From an uncultured Gammaproteobacteria bacterium (GTDB lineage: Bacteria > Patescibacteriota > Microgenomatia > Levybacterales > GWA1-39-11): a stretch of DNA of 64,000 nucleotides. This document shows, in pieces, positions 9,453-18,652 of this stretch (its first letter is position 1; each line of letters opens with the position of its first letter). The position numbers and the translations under genes are program-made. The stretch is from NCBI GenBank assembly GCA_964627245.1, contig CAZVGS010000003.1:47551-111550 (forward strand). Reading direction: 5' to 3'. Below the pieces are notes generated by a model. That model was not told the origin of the DNA and searched no databases. It saw only the letters and a list, made by a program, of their open reading frames with translations.

Positions 9453-10295
9453 ATGAAAAAGCTTTTACTGGCAGTCTTATTTTTGGTTTTATTTACGAGA
9501 AGGTCAGACGCAACGCTGTATATAAATGAATTCAACTCGGGTTCAAATTCCGATTGGATTGAAATATATAACTCTGATTCATCAAGCGTTGATCTATCAG
9601 AATACATACTGAGAGATTCAACAGACACTAACAAACTTGAACTTACAGGAACAGTTAATGGAAACGGTTTTTTGAGTTTTGATTGGAATAGTAAGCTAAA
9701 CAACGAAGAAGACTCTATACGTTTACTTTTGAAATCTGATGAGAGTAGCGTTGATATAGTTTCCTACGGCAATTCAGGGGCAATTTCTGCTCCTTCAGGA
9801 ATTCAGACAGGCGGAAGAAAACCGGATGGATCCGGTACGTGGGTTATCTTTGAATCTGGAACAAGAAATTTGTCTAACAATGCTTCGCAGGTGGTTCCGA
9901 CTCCAACCCCATCTCCAACAAATTCTCCAACAAATACTCCTACACCAACTCCTACAAATTCACCTACAAATACTCCAACCCCATCTCCAACAAAAACACC
10001 AACCCCTACACCTTCAAAAGGACCATCTCCTACTTTAGTTTCCAAGCCTTCGCCAACTCCCCAAGTTCTGGCCGCCAACACCAGTAACCAAGCTCCTCAG
10101 CAAGGAGCAACTTCTGACAGTAATGTTGATCTGGGCAGCAATTTATCAGATCTGGAAAAACCAAAAGAGCAAGGGTATAACTGGTGGAAACTTTTCATTG
10201 TTATGGGAAGCGTTATAATTACGGGTGCAGTTGGTGTATTTCTATATAATAATCACATAAAAGAAAGATCTGAAGAATTAGGTCAAAGTATGTAG
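9453..10295 (+). CDS. lamin tail domain (LTD) surface protein with Pro/Thr-rich linker and C-terminal TM anchor
   Basis: Signal peptide, then LYINEFNSGSNSDWIEIYNSDSSSVDLSEYIL (LTD signature INE...WIEIYN). A (S/T)P(T)N repeat linker and the C-terminal TM segment LFIVMGSVIITGAVGVFLY. Confidence 0.7.
   Translation: MKKLLLAVLFLVLFTRRSDATLYINEFNSGSNSDWIEIYNSDSSSVDLSEYILRDSTDTNKLELTGTVNGNGFLSFDWNSKLNNEEDSIRLLLKSDESSVDIVSYGNSGAISAPSGIQTGGRKPDGSGTWVIFESGTRNLSNNASQVVPTPTPSPTNSPTNTPTPTPTNSPTNTPTPSPTKTPTPTPSKGPSPTLVSKPSPTPQVLAANTSNQAPQQGATSDSNVDLGSNLSDLEKPKEQGYNWWKLFIVMGSVIITGAVGVFLYNNHIKERSEELGQSM
9898..10035 (+). repeat. imperfect tandem repeat (about 30-nt unit) encoding PTPTPSPTNSPTNTPTPTPTNSPTNTPTPSPTKTPTPTPS
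   Basis: The direct repeats ccaacaaattctccaacaaatactcctacaccaactcctacaaattcacctacaaatactccaacc are visible in the sequence. They generate spurious antisense ORFs 9803..10081 and 9826..10038. Confidence 0.6.
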
Positions 10296-10733
10296 ATGGA
10301 GGAATTAACAAGCAATTCAAGTCAGCAAACCGAAAATATAGGATGCGGCTTCGCAAAAAAACTTAAAGGCGGAGATGTAATTTTTTTGATCGGAGAAATA
10401 GGTGTTGGAAAGACAACTTTCGTGAAGGGCTTGGCTAAAGGGATTGGTATAAATTCCAGAATTATTTCTCCCACATTTGTAATTGTTAGAAAACATACTG
10501 TCAGCAATAATAAATCCAATATAAAATCCCTCTACCATCTAGACTTGTATAGACTCGATAATAAAAAACAGGCGCAGGATATTGATCTTAAAGATTTTTT
10601 GGATGATAAATCGGGAATTGTCGTTATTGAGTGGCCTAATATTAGTCAAGATATAATAAAAGGTAAAATCTGGAAAATAGTTTTTGAAGATACAGGGACG
10701 GATAAGCGGAAAATAACCTTTCAGTATGAATAA
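10296..10733 (+). CDS. tsaE: tRNA threonylcarbamoyladenosine (t6A) biosynthesis protein TsaE (YjeE)
   Basis: P-loop GEIGVGKTTFVKGLAKGIGI, the ISPTFVIV motif and the conserved YHLDLYRL. Confidence 0.85.
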   Translation: MEELTSNSSQQTENIGCGFAKKLKGGDVIFLIGEIGVGKTTFVKGLAKGIGINSRIISPTFVIVRKHTVSNNKSNIKSLYHLDLYRLDNKKQAQDIDLKDFLDDKSGIVVIEWPNISQDIIKGKIWKIVFEDTGTDKRKITFQYE

Positions 10734-11304
10734 TATTTTTGAAGTAGCAAAACGTTTCAAGGATGGAGAAGTTGGGATATTCCCGACAGATACAGCTTTT
10801 GGAATAGGCTGCCGAATGGATAATGTCAATTCTGTAAAAAGGATTTTTCAACTACGCCACCGTCCGGTAGAAAAAGCACTTTTAGTGCTTGTTGATTCGG
10901 TAAAAATGGCCGAAGAGTACGTTGTTATAGATGAAAAAATCAAGAAAAATCTAATTGATAAATACTGGCCGGGAGGTCTAACATTGATTTTGAAATGTAA
11001 TAAAGAAAAAGTTCCAGAAATAGTAAGGTCAGGAAAAGAGACCTTAGCCGTAAGGTTTCCCGACCACCCTACACTTCAAAAAATAATTAGTGAAGTTGGA
11101 GTTCCAATAGTTGCGCCTTCTGCAAATTATTCGGGTGAAAAAACTCCATTAAAACTCTCCGAGGTTAATAAAAGTTTGCTTGATAAAGTTGACTTTAGCC
11201 TAAAGGGTGTGTGTACAATGGAAGGAGTTTCGACAATAATAGATGCTGCATCGGACCGTTTAACAATAGTTAGGAATGGTGTTGTCAAAATTGCGGAATT
11301 GTAA
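10726..11304 (+). CDS. tsaC: L-threonylcarbamoyladenylate synthase TsaC/YrdC-type
   Basis: YrdC-domain motifs: GIFPTDTAFGIGC, HRPVEKALLVLV, YWPGGLTLIL, and IVAPSANYSG. Confidence 0.85.
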   Translation: MNNIFEVAKRFKDGEVGIFPTDTAFGIGCRMDNVNSVKRIFQLRHRPVEKALLVLVDSVKMAEEYVVIDEKIKKNLIDKYWPGGLTLILKCNKEKVPEIVRSGKETLAVRFPDHPTLQKIISEVGVPIVAPSANYSGEKTPLKLSEVNKSLLDKVDFSLKGVCTMEGVSTIIDAASDRLTIVRNGVVKIAEL

Positions 11305-11308
11305 CTTA

Positions 11309-11623
11309 ATGGCTAATTTAATTATTGACACACGTAACAGCGGTAACGTTCTGGCAAAGTTAATTGCAGGAGACCAAATATTTGAAGAGAATTCCATTTC
11401 AAAAGATAACAGACCGGAATCAATACTTCTTTTAATAGATAGAGTTTGTGAAAAAGCAGGAGTAAAAGTCAGTGAAGTTGATGAAATTACGGTAGAAGAG
11501 GGGCCGGGGTCCTATACCGGTCTTAAAGTCGGAGTAAGTGTTGCAAACGCGCTTTCTTTTGCTTTAGGCAAAAAAGTGAACGGGAAAAATGTTGGAGAAA
11601 TTGTAGAGCCAAAATATGAATAA
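11309..11623 (+). CDS. tsaB: TsaB (YeaZ)-like protein, N-terminal half only (about 105 aa)
   Basis: LIIDTRNSGNVLAKL and EGPGSYTGLKVGVSVANALSFALG match the TsaB N-lobe GPGSFTGLRIG motif. The ORF ends after the first actin-like subdomain. Start ATG 11309 follows the tsaC stop. Confidence 0.7.
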   Translation: MANLIIDTRNSGNVLAKLIAGDQIFEENSISKDNRPESILLLIDRVCEKAGVKVSEVDEITVEEGPGSYTGLKVGVSVANALSFALGKKVNGKNVGEIVEPKYE

Positions 11624-11632
11624 CTGCCTCTT

Positions 11633-12526
11633 ATGAATATTTTCCATTTTTTTATTCCTCATCATAAAAATAACCACAGAGCAAAGCTTTTACACAACTT
11701 AACTTTATTTATTCTTATAGTTTCAACAGCGCTTGTTAGTTCTCTATCCGTTGCGGTTCATAGAATTCATCCCGAAGTTTTGGGTATTTCGTATCAAATA
11801 TCCGATAATGAGCTTTTGAATTTAACAAATTTTGAGAGAGAACAAAACGGATTACCAGCGCTTAGTTATAACAAGACCTTAGAGAAGGCTGCTAAAAAAA
11901 AGGGAGAACATATGTTCAAATATAATTATTGGTCACATTATGCTCCGGACGGAACATCGCCATGGGATTTTATAAAAGGAGAGGGGTACGATTACACATA
12001 CGCAGGGGAGAATTTAGCAAAAGGATTTACGACTTCTTACGACACTATAAAAGCATGGATGGCATCTCCTACACACAAGGAAAATATACTTTCTTCCAAG
12101 TATTCCGAGGTGGGATTTGCTATATTAGAAGGTAGACTTAGCGGTGAAGATACGATACTTGTTGTGCAGGAATTTGGTGCAACAGATAATTTAGCAGGAA
12201 CAGATACGAAAAGTTTGCCAGATACATCTTCGGATATTGTTTTCAGACCTGCTGAAGTTCAAGGTTCTTATCAAGTCAGTCTGTCTTCCCCACCCTCAAG
12301 CATTTCACGAAGTATTTCAAAAAAACCTCTCATAGATGTTAATGTTTTGGCTAAGTCTGTTACATTTTTACTTCTTTCAGCGCTTTTAATTGCCTTGATA
12401 TTAGATTTTGTGATAATTGAAAAAAAGAAGATACCAAGAATTGTTGGCAACAATCTTGACCACTTAATACTGGTAACATTATTTATAGCATTTGTTTTCA
12501 TGGCTAAATTGGGACACATAATATAA
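11633..12526 (+). CDS. CAP (SCP/PR-1, YkwD-like) domain protein, membrane-anchored at both ends
   Basis: CAP-domain motifs YNYWSHYAPDG, YAGENLAKGFT, WMASPTHKENIL and GFAI. N-terminal and C-terminal TM helices. Confidence 0.7.
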   Translation: MNIFHFFIPHHKNNHRAKLLHNLTLFILIVSTALVSSLSVAVHRIHPEVLGISYQISDNELLNLTNFEREQNGLPALSYNKTLEKAAKKKGEHMFKYNYWSHYAPDGTSPWDFIKGEGYDYTYAGENLAKGFTTSYDTIKAWMASPTHKENILSSKYSEVGFAILEGRLSGEDTILVVQEFGATDNLAGTDTKSLPDTSSDIVFRPAEVQGSYQVSLSSPPSSISRSISKKPLIDVNVLAKSVTFLLLSALLIALILDFVIIEKKKIPRIVGNNLDHLILVTLFIAFVFMAKLGHII

Positions 12527-12783
12527 TGAAGAAAAATCACTCGATTCTATATCTTATTGAATTTGCCATTATTGGATCAGGCTTTGCTTTATTGCTAAGT
12601 TACAAGATGACTTTCTACAGCCAAATGCTAACTCTTCTAGTTATTTTAACAATTTATACTATTATTGGGATAATTCATCACGGTAAGCATCATGATATTC
12701 ATCCAAAAGTTGTGTTAGAATATATTTTGGTAAGTGCATTAATGTTTGCACTTTTTGTTTTTCTAAACATATCGAGAATATGA
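12526..12783 (+). CDS. hypothetical small membrane protein (two or three TM helices)
   Basis: 85-aa hydrophobic ORF whose ends overlap the flanking genes (ATGA junctions), suggesting co-translation in the operon. Confidence 0.4.
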   Translation: MKKNHSILYLIEFAIIGSGFALLLSYKMTFYSQMLTLLVILTIYTIIGIIHHGKHHDIHPKVVLEYILVSALMFALFVFLNISRI

Positions 12784-13502
12784 AAGGAATAATTCTTGCT
12801 GGCGGTAAGGCAACTCGGCTTAGACCCCTAACAAAAATAACTTCAAAACAACTCTTGCCCGTCTACGATAAACCAATGATATTTTATCCATTGGAGACTT
12901 TAGCAAGAGCAGGCATAAAAGACATATTAATTATTGTTGCTCCGGAATATTCAGGTCATTTTCTCAATCTCTTAGGATCAGGTAAAGAATTTGGGGTTAA
13001 TTTTAGCTATGAAGTGCAGGAAGAACCAAGGGGACTCGCTGATGCTTTTAGAGTAGGCGAGAATTTTATAGGGGATGATAGTGTCGCAATGATATTAGGT
13101 GACAATATATTTGATCAAGATTTTTCTGAAAGCATAGCTTCATTTAAGGGCGGAGGAAAAGTGTTTGCGAAGAAGGTGCATGATCCTGAAAGATTCGGAG
13201 TTGTGGAATTTGATGCTCAAAATCAAGTTATATCAATTGAAGAAAAACCGGAGCACCCTAAAAGTGAATTTGCGGTTGTGGGACTTTACATATATGACAA
13301 TAGGGTTGTTCAATATGCTAAGGAGCTTGCTCCGTCTGAAAGGGGAGAAATAGAAATTACGGATATAAATAATAGATATTTGCAGGATGGAGAATTGAAT
13401 GTGGACATAATAGATAGTATATGGCTTGATGCAGGTACATTCGACAGCCTTTATGAGGCCAATAAATATTGGGCAGAGAAAAGAAGGACTAACAATTCTT
13501 GA
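12780..13502 (+). CDS. rmlA: glucose-1-phosphate thymidylyl/nucleotidyltransferase, short (archaeal-like) RmlA-type
   Basis: N-terminal GIILAGGKATRLRPLTKITSKQLLPVYDKPMIFYPLE sugar-nucleotidyltransferase signature. 240 aa, lacking the long C-terminal extension. Confidence 0.8.
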   Translation: MKGIILAGGKATRLRPLTKITSKQLLPVYDKPMIFYPLETLARAGIKDILIIVAPEYSGHFLNLLGSGKEFGVNFSYEVQEEPRGLADAFRVGENFIGDDSVAMILGDNIFDQDFSESIASFKGGGKVFAKKVHDPERFGVVEFDAQNQVISIEEKPEHPKSEFAVVGLYIYDNRVVQYAKELAPSERGEIEITDINNRYLQDGELNVDIIDSIWLDAGTFDSLYEANKYWAEKRRTNNS

Positions 13503-13526
13503 TATTTTCTGGTATATTTCTAAAAT

Positions 13527-13967
13527 ATGGCATTAGCAACGACTGAGGAAGCAAAAAAAGTAATAACCTATACGGCAGAACGTGAGGAAAATGGGTTTTT
13601 GATAGAGCTGTTCAAAGACAAGGAGACAGGGCAAAAAACGGAAGTTTATTTGACAGCTGCAAAGCCGGGCGCTTTCAAAGGATACCACTTGCATCGTGTA
13701 AGAGCCGCGAGATACGTTGCAGTTAAAGGAAAAATGAAAATAACTCTATATAAACCAGGTGAGCCGGATTCTAAAGAGGAGCACATTCTAGATGCTTCAA
13801 TTCCCTCAAGGCTTTTTATTCCAAAAGATATTGCAACAGGTCTTGAAAATATAGGCGACGAAGAGGCATGGTTGGTTAACTATCCCGATCCTTCTTATGA
13901 CCCATCACTTACTGACGAACAAGTAGAGTATACAGAAGAAGAGCTCCTAAATGGTGTGGTCAAATAG
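13527..13967 (+). CDS. cupin-fold sugar epimerase/isomerase (RmlC / FdtA-WxcM-like)
   Basis: Motif KGYHLHRVRAARYVAVKGKMKI (G-x-H-x-H-R plus downstream Lys), then LFIPKDIATGLENIGDEEAWLVNYPDPSYDP, resembling the RmlC C-terminal pattern. Lies between rmlA and rmlB. Confidence 0.5.
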   Translation: MALATTEEAKKVITYTAEREENGFLIELFKDKETGQKTEVYLTAAKPGAFKGYHLHRVRAARYVAVKGKMKITLYKPGEPDSKEEHILDASIPSRLFIPKDIATGLENIGDEEAWLVNYPDPSYDPSLTDEQVEYTEEELLNGVVK

Positions 13968-14055
13968 TTCTACAATTTCTTAATTAATTTCCCTATTCAA
14001 TTTAAGCATAATTTAAGTATTCTATTTTACAATTAATATTGTAAAACTGGTGAAC

Positions 14056-14092
14056 AAAAACGCTAAGCTAACCGCTTAGCGTTTTTGTTTTG
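14056..14092. terminator. Rho-independent terminator (possibly bidirectional): aaaaacgctaagc-taacc-gcttagcgttttt-gtttt
   Basis: Perfect 12-bp inverted repeat with a 5-nt loop, flanked by an A-run on one side and a T-run on the other. Located after the cupin gene. Confidence 0.6.
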
Positions 14093-14111
14093 AGGGCTAT
14101 GATGCTATGAT

Positions 14112-14567
14112 TTGTATATGGACATCCAAGCTCTAATTCAAGACTATCTAACAAAGACACAGATAATGCATCTTGCAACAACTCACGGCAACAAGCCTTG
14201 GGTAACTGCGCTTTATTTTGCTGTTGATATAAACTTAAGTATTTATTGGCTGTCACGTAGAAGTAGGCGCCATTCCCGGGAAATAGAAAAAAACTCGCAT
14301 GTTGCAGGAACAATAGTTATTCCACATAGCTATGGAGATAAAGTTAGGGGGCTGCAGTTTGAGGGAGAAGCAAGGGTATTACATGATCAAGATGCGGTTG
14401 CAGGAAAAGGGGTTTATAGTAGTAAATTTTGGGTAGTTGAGGATAGAGCTAGCAATGACGTCGAAGGTGAAGATAACCAAGGCTGTTATCAGATAAAACC
14501 AGAAAGATTTATTCTCTATGATGAGGTTAATTTCCCTAATAGTCCGTCTCAAGAGTTAAAATTATAG
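14112..14567 (+). CDS. pyridoxamine 5-prime-phosphate oxidase-like FMN-binding split-barrel protein
   Basis: The N-terminal pattern MHLATTHGNKPWVTALYFAVD... is typical of the PNPOx-like / general stress protein 26 family. Confidence 0.6.
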   Translation: MYMDIQALIQDYLTKTQIMHLATTHGNKPWVTALYFAVDINLSIYWLSRRSRRHSREIEKNSHVAGTIVIPHSYGDKVRGLQFEGEARVLHDQDAVAGKGVYSSKFWVVEDRASNDVEGEDNQGCYQIKPERFILYDEVNFPNSPSQELKL

Positions 14568-14586
14568 GTTTTGGTATAATCTTTTT

Positions 14587-15228
14587 GTGAAAGAGGCTGA
14601 TAAAACCGAACCAAAATCTGCGCTCAATATCGTATTGCTTCCGGATAAGATAGTTCATGGAGAAGCTGTTCTTTGCAGTACCAGACTCTCAAGAAATTTT
14701 GAAACCGAATTTACCCTTGATTCTAGATTATTCCTTCCTCATATAACACTTTATCAAGGATACTTTCCAGACAGAAATATAGATGTACTTTTTGAAGAAT
14801 TGAGAAAATTCCCTGTATGGGGTGAGGATGCAGAGATTGTGATGAAGAATTTTCAGGTATCTCATGGTACTTTTGTTTTTTGGGAGGCAGTTAAATCACC
14901 TTTCATAACAGGACTTCATGAAATGATTGTTGGGTCAGCGAATCGGTTAAGAGAAGGCAACATACCCTTCAACATACAAGAGATGATGGGTAATCTTCCT
15001 GAAGAAGAGCGCGAGATGGTAAAAAAAACAGGCGGAATACTCAACTTGGATTTATTTAATCCCCACATAACTTTAACAAGGTTAAAAAGCGCTAAAGACG
15101 GCAAAAACGCATTAGATTATTTGAGAGGTAGTCAGCCCTCAAAATTTTCACCTCAAGCATTATATGTTGGAAAGCTTGGCGATCATGGAACAGTTTCTGA
15201 AATCGTTGAAGAAATCTTCTATAAGTAA
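14587..15228 (+). CDS. 2H phosphoesterase superfamily protein (LigT / cyclic phosphodiesterase-like)
   Basis: Two H-x-T-x motifs, LPHITLYQG and NPHITLTRL, about 100 aa apart, as in 2H enzymes. Confidence 0.6.
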   Translation: MKEADKTEPKSALNIVLLPDKIVHGEAVLCSTRLSRNFETEFTLDSRLFLPHITLYQGYFPDRNIDVLFEELRKFPVWGEDAEIVMKNFQVSHGTFVFWEAVKSPFITGLHEMIVGSANRLREGNIPFNIQEMMGNLPEEEREMVKKTGGILNLDLFNPHITLTRLKSAKDGKNALDYLRGSQPSKFSPQALYVGKLGDHGTVSEIVEEIFYK

Positions 15229-15271
15229 AACTCCATTGGAGTGAGCGCAAGGTGTGTGATTTTGGTATACT

Positions 15272-16294
15272 TTGCTTGATATGGCAAAATTACTTGTTAC
15301 TGGCGGAGCCGGCTTCATAGGTTCCAATTTCACTTTGTACTGGGTTAAGAAATATCCCCAGGATACTGTCGTGGTTTTTGATAAATTGACGTATGCAGGG
15401 AATTTAGAAAATCTTAGATCAATAGAGAAAGAACCTAATTATCTATTTATTCAAGGCGATATAGTAAATCCCGAAATGGTTGACAACGTAATGAACGGTG
15501 TTGATATTGTGGTCCATTTTGCCGCGGAGTCCCACGTCGACAGATCGATAAAAGAGCCAGCTTCATTCGTTAAAACAAACGTTGTCGGAACGCAGGTTTT
15601 GCTCGACGCTTCGCTCAAACACGAAATAAAACGTTTTCATCATATTTCAACTGATGAAGTTTTTGGTGCGTTAAGTCTTAGTTCGCAAGAAAAGTTTAGT
15701 GAGAATACAAAGTATGACCCCAGAAGTCCATATTCGGCAAGTAAAGCAGGCTCCGATCATCTGGTTAGAGCCTATGGTGAAACTTTCGGTTTGCCTATAT
15801 CTATAACTAACTGTGCAAATAACTACGGTCCATTTCACTTTCCCGAAAAACTGATTCCGCTTGCCATAACAAATCTGCTCGAAGGAAAAAAAGTACCTGT
15901 ATACGGTGATGGCCTCTACGTAAGGGACTGGCTTTACGTAGAAGATCATGTTAGAGCAATCGAAGCTGTAATACAAAGCGGAAAAGACGGATCAACTTAT
16001 TGCGTGGGAGGAATGACGCAAGATGTTAATAATTTGGAGGTAGTTAAGAAAATTGTAAATATTATGGGTAAAAGTGAGGATATGATTGAGTTTGTCAAAG
16101 ATAGGCCAGGACATGATAGAAGATATGCTATAGATTGGTCAAAAATAAAAGATGAATTAGGTTGGGAGCCATTACACGGTTTTGATACTTGGTTAGGTAA
16201 GACCATCGCTTGGTATCAAGAAAACGAGAAATGGTGGAAAGATATCAAAAGTGGAGAGTACAAAAATTACTATGAAGAGCATTATGGTGAATAG
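15272..16294 (+). CDS. rfbB: dTDP-glucose 4,6-dehydratase
   Basis: Rossmann motif TGGAGFIGSNF, HISTDEVFG, and the catalytic YSASKAGSD (YxxxK). Length is typical for RmlB (340 aa). Confidence 0.9.
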   Translation: MLDMAKLLVTGGAGFIGSNFTLYWVKKYPQDTVVVFDKLTYAGNLENLRSIEKEPNYLFIQGDIVNPEMVDNVMNGVDIVVHFAAESHVDRSIKEPASFVKTNVVGTQVLLDASLKHEIKRFHHISTDEVFGALSLSSQEKFSENTKYDPRSPYSASKAGSDHLVRAYGETFGLPISITNCANNYGPFHFPEKLIPLAITNLLEGKKVPVYGDGLYVRDWLYVEDHVRAIEAVIQSGKDGSTYCVGGMTQDVNNLEVVKKIVNIMGKSEDMIEFVKDRPGHDRRYAIDWSKIKDELGWEPLHGFDTWLGKTIAWYQENEKWWKDIKSGEYKNYYEEHYGE

Positions 16295-16374
16295 GCACAA
16301 TTTATTTTCCAGATTTTCTGCTTACGGAAAATAGAAATAAACCTTTTTACGGGTTCTTCTGCTTGTGATCAAAT

Positions 16375-17301
16375 ATGAAATTAGTTCTTACAGGAGCAAC
16401 AGGACTTATTGGGTCCAGATTTGTGGAGTTGTTGTGCGAAAAACACGAAATTGTTCCATTGTCTACGGCAAGCGGTGTGGATATAACTAATCCGGAATCT
16501 GTTTCTAATTTTCTAAAAAATAAGTCATATGATGCTGTTATTCATTTAGCGGGTAAGGCAAATGTTGACGGATGTGAAGCCGACCGCACCCACGACCTTG
16601 AGATTCTTAATACTAATTCTGAGAATGTTTTAGGCATTAACATGAAGGATTTGGATATACAGCCGTGGATAGGCAATAATACTGCAGTGGCAGTCAACTC
16701 TGTGGGAACAAAAATTCTATACGAGGAAGTCAAAAAAACAAATGCAAAATTTGTTTACATTTCAACCGATTTTATTTTTTCAGGGAATGAGGAGAGTTAT
16801 GATGAAAATTCAAGCCCAAATCCTGTTAATTGGTACGGGATGAGTAAATATCTGGGTGAGAAAATAATTGATCAAAATTCCGATTCGATCGTGAGGATTG
16901 CATTTCCTTACGGATATCCTAGTCCTATCAAAAAAGATCTTGTATGGAAGTTGCATGACCTGCTGCAGAACAGAGATGAAGTTTCTTTAATATCCGATCA
17001 AGTAATCACTCCGACTTTTATTGATGATATCGTAATGGGTTTGGATTTTTTGCTTAATACAGATTTGTTAGGAGTAATAAATCTGGTCGGTTCTACCTCG
17101 CTCAGCCCTAAGGAGATTGGGATGAAAATAAAGGAAAAATTTGAATTAAACACCGTAATCAATGAATCATCTCTCTTGTCGGTTTATGAAGGAAAAGCGC
17201 GGCGTCCTTTAAAGTCTATTATGAAAAATGATAAGCTAAGAAGTATGGGGTTTGTGTCAAAAAGTTTCGACGAGGGGCTAGCTTTGATAGTCTCTAGATA
17301 G
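16375..17301 (+). CDS. rfbD: dTDP-4-dehydrorhamnose reductase-like (RmlD family) NAD(P)-dependent reductase
   Basis: Motifs TGATGLIGSRF, FVYISTDFIFSG (RmlD STDYVFDG motif) and YGMSKYLGE (YxxxK). Confidence 0.7.
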   Translation: MKLVLTGATGLIGSRFVELLCEKHEIVPLSTASGVDITNPESVSNFLKNKSYDAVIHLAGKANVDGCEADRTHDLEILNTNSENVLGINMKDLDIQPWIGNNTAVAVNSVGTKILYEEVKKTNAKFVYISTDFIFSGNEESYDENSSPNPVNWYGMSKYLGEKIIDQNSDSIVRIAFPYGYPSPIKKDLVWKLHDLLQNRDEVSLISDQVITPTFIDDIVMGLDFLLNTDLLGVINLVGSTSLSPKEIGMKIKEKFELNTVINESSLLSVYEGKARRPLKSIMKNDKLRSMGFVSKSFDEGLALIVSR

Positions 17302-17353
17302 TAAAATAACTAAATGCATTTCGGTTTTTATAGGCTGAGTAATTTACATTAAT

Positions 17354-18652
17354 ATGAAAATAACATTTATAGGCCACGGATACGTTGGACTCGTTTCCGC
17401 GTCGATATTTGCAGATCTTGGTAACGAAGTAACTGTTATAGGACATACTCCCGAAACAGTGCATAAGTTAAATGAGGGGAAGGTCCATATATATGAACCC
17501 GGTCTTACCGAACTCGTACAAAAAAATCTTGATGCAAAAAGGTTAAAATTTACACTAGATTATAAATCGGTTAAAAATTCAGAATTGGTTTTTATCGGAG
17601 TAGGTACTCCTCCAAAAGAAAGCGGTGAAGCTGATCTCACGACAGTTTTGGAGGTGGCTGAGAATATTGCTAAAAACCTTTCAGGATATACGGTCGTTAT
17701 TACAAAAAGTACTGTTCCGATTGGAACAAATAAAAAAATTAAGAAGCTTATGTTGGAAATAGTTGATTCCAATGTAGAATTTGATGTTGCCTCTTGTCCG
17801 GAATTTTTACGTCAAGGATCTGCAATTTCTGACACCCTTTATCCAGACAGGATTGTAATTGGAACAGAAAAGAAAAAAGCAGAAGAACTTCTGGTACAGT
17901 TACATAAGCCTCTTCAGGAAAATACAAATTGCCAATTTGTTCTCTGCAACTTAGAAACTGCAGAAATGATAAAGTACGCTGCAAATTCTTTCTTGGCAAT
18001 GAAAATATCATTTGCAAACTCAATAGCTCAGCTTTCCGAATTGACGGGATCAGACGCTTTGAAAGTATTGGAGGGTATAGGCTTTGATAAGAGAATTGGA
18101 AATTATTTTCTTTCTCCAGGACCAGGGTATGGAGGTAGTTGTTTTCCAAAGGATGTTAAGGCGCTAATCTCAATAGCAAAAGATTTCGATTATGACTTTG
18201 AACTACTCAAAGAAGTTGAAAATGTAAATTATTTAGCGAAAAAACTCATTATTAAAAAAGCCGAAGAACTTTTGGGTAGTTTTGAAGGAAAAAAAGTTGG
18301 GGTTCTCGGGCTTTCCTTCAAACCAAATACTGATGATATGAGGTTTGCTCCTTCAATCGAAATTATAAACTGGTTAAAAGAGAAGGGTGTTGAAGTGAAG
18401 GCATACGATCCTCAATCGATGGAGAAGGCAAAGAAAATTATTGATGGAATTTCCTACTGTGAAGATTTATACGATGTAGCAAATGCAGCAGACTTACTTA
18501 TTGTTCTGACTGATTGGAATGAATTTAAAGAAATGGATCTTGAGAAAATCAAATCCTCAATGAAGTCACCATTCATCATTGATGCCAGAAATATATACGA
18601 GCCTGAAAAAATGAGGGGTCTAGGATTTTCTTATAGAGGAGTTGGAAGATAA
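17354..18652 (+). CDS. ugd: UDP-glucose 6-dehydrogenase (nucleotide-sugar dehydrogenase)
   Basis: N-terminal FIGHGYVGLVSASIFADLG, the catalytic Cys motif GGSCFPKD, and the C-terminal UDP-binding domain. Confidence 0.9.
   Translation: MKITFIGHGYVGLVSASIFADLGNEVTVIGHTPETVHKLNEGKVHIYEPGLTELVQKNLDAKRLKFTLDYKSVKNSELVFIGVGTPPKESGEADLTTVLEVAENIAKNLSGYTVVITKSTVPIGTNKKIKKLMLEIVDSNVEFDVASCPEFLRQGSAISDTLYPDRIVIGTEKKKAEELLVQLHKPLQENTNCQFVLCNLETAEMIKYAANSFLAMKISFANSIAQLSELTGSDALKVLEGIGFDKRIGNYFLSPGPGYGGSCFPKDVKALISIAKDFDYDFELLKEVENVNYLAKKLIIKKAEELLGSFEGKKVGVLGLSFKPNTDDMRFAPSIEIINWLKEKGVEVKAYDPQSMEKAKKIIDGISYCEDLYDVANAADLLIVLTDWNEFKEMDLEKIKSSMKSPFIIDARNIYEPEKMRGLGFSYRGVGR

Noticed and set aside
9803-10081. 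ORFs 9803..10081 (-) and 9826..10038 (+) with GVGVGVFVG / QQILQQIL repeats
   Set aside because: These are artefacts of the Pro/Thr-encoding tandem DNA repeat in the LTD gene. Any frame of a repeat stays open.
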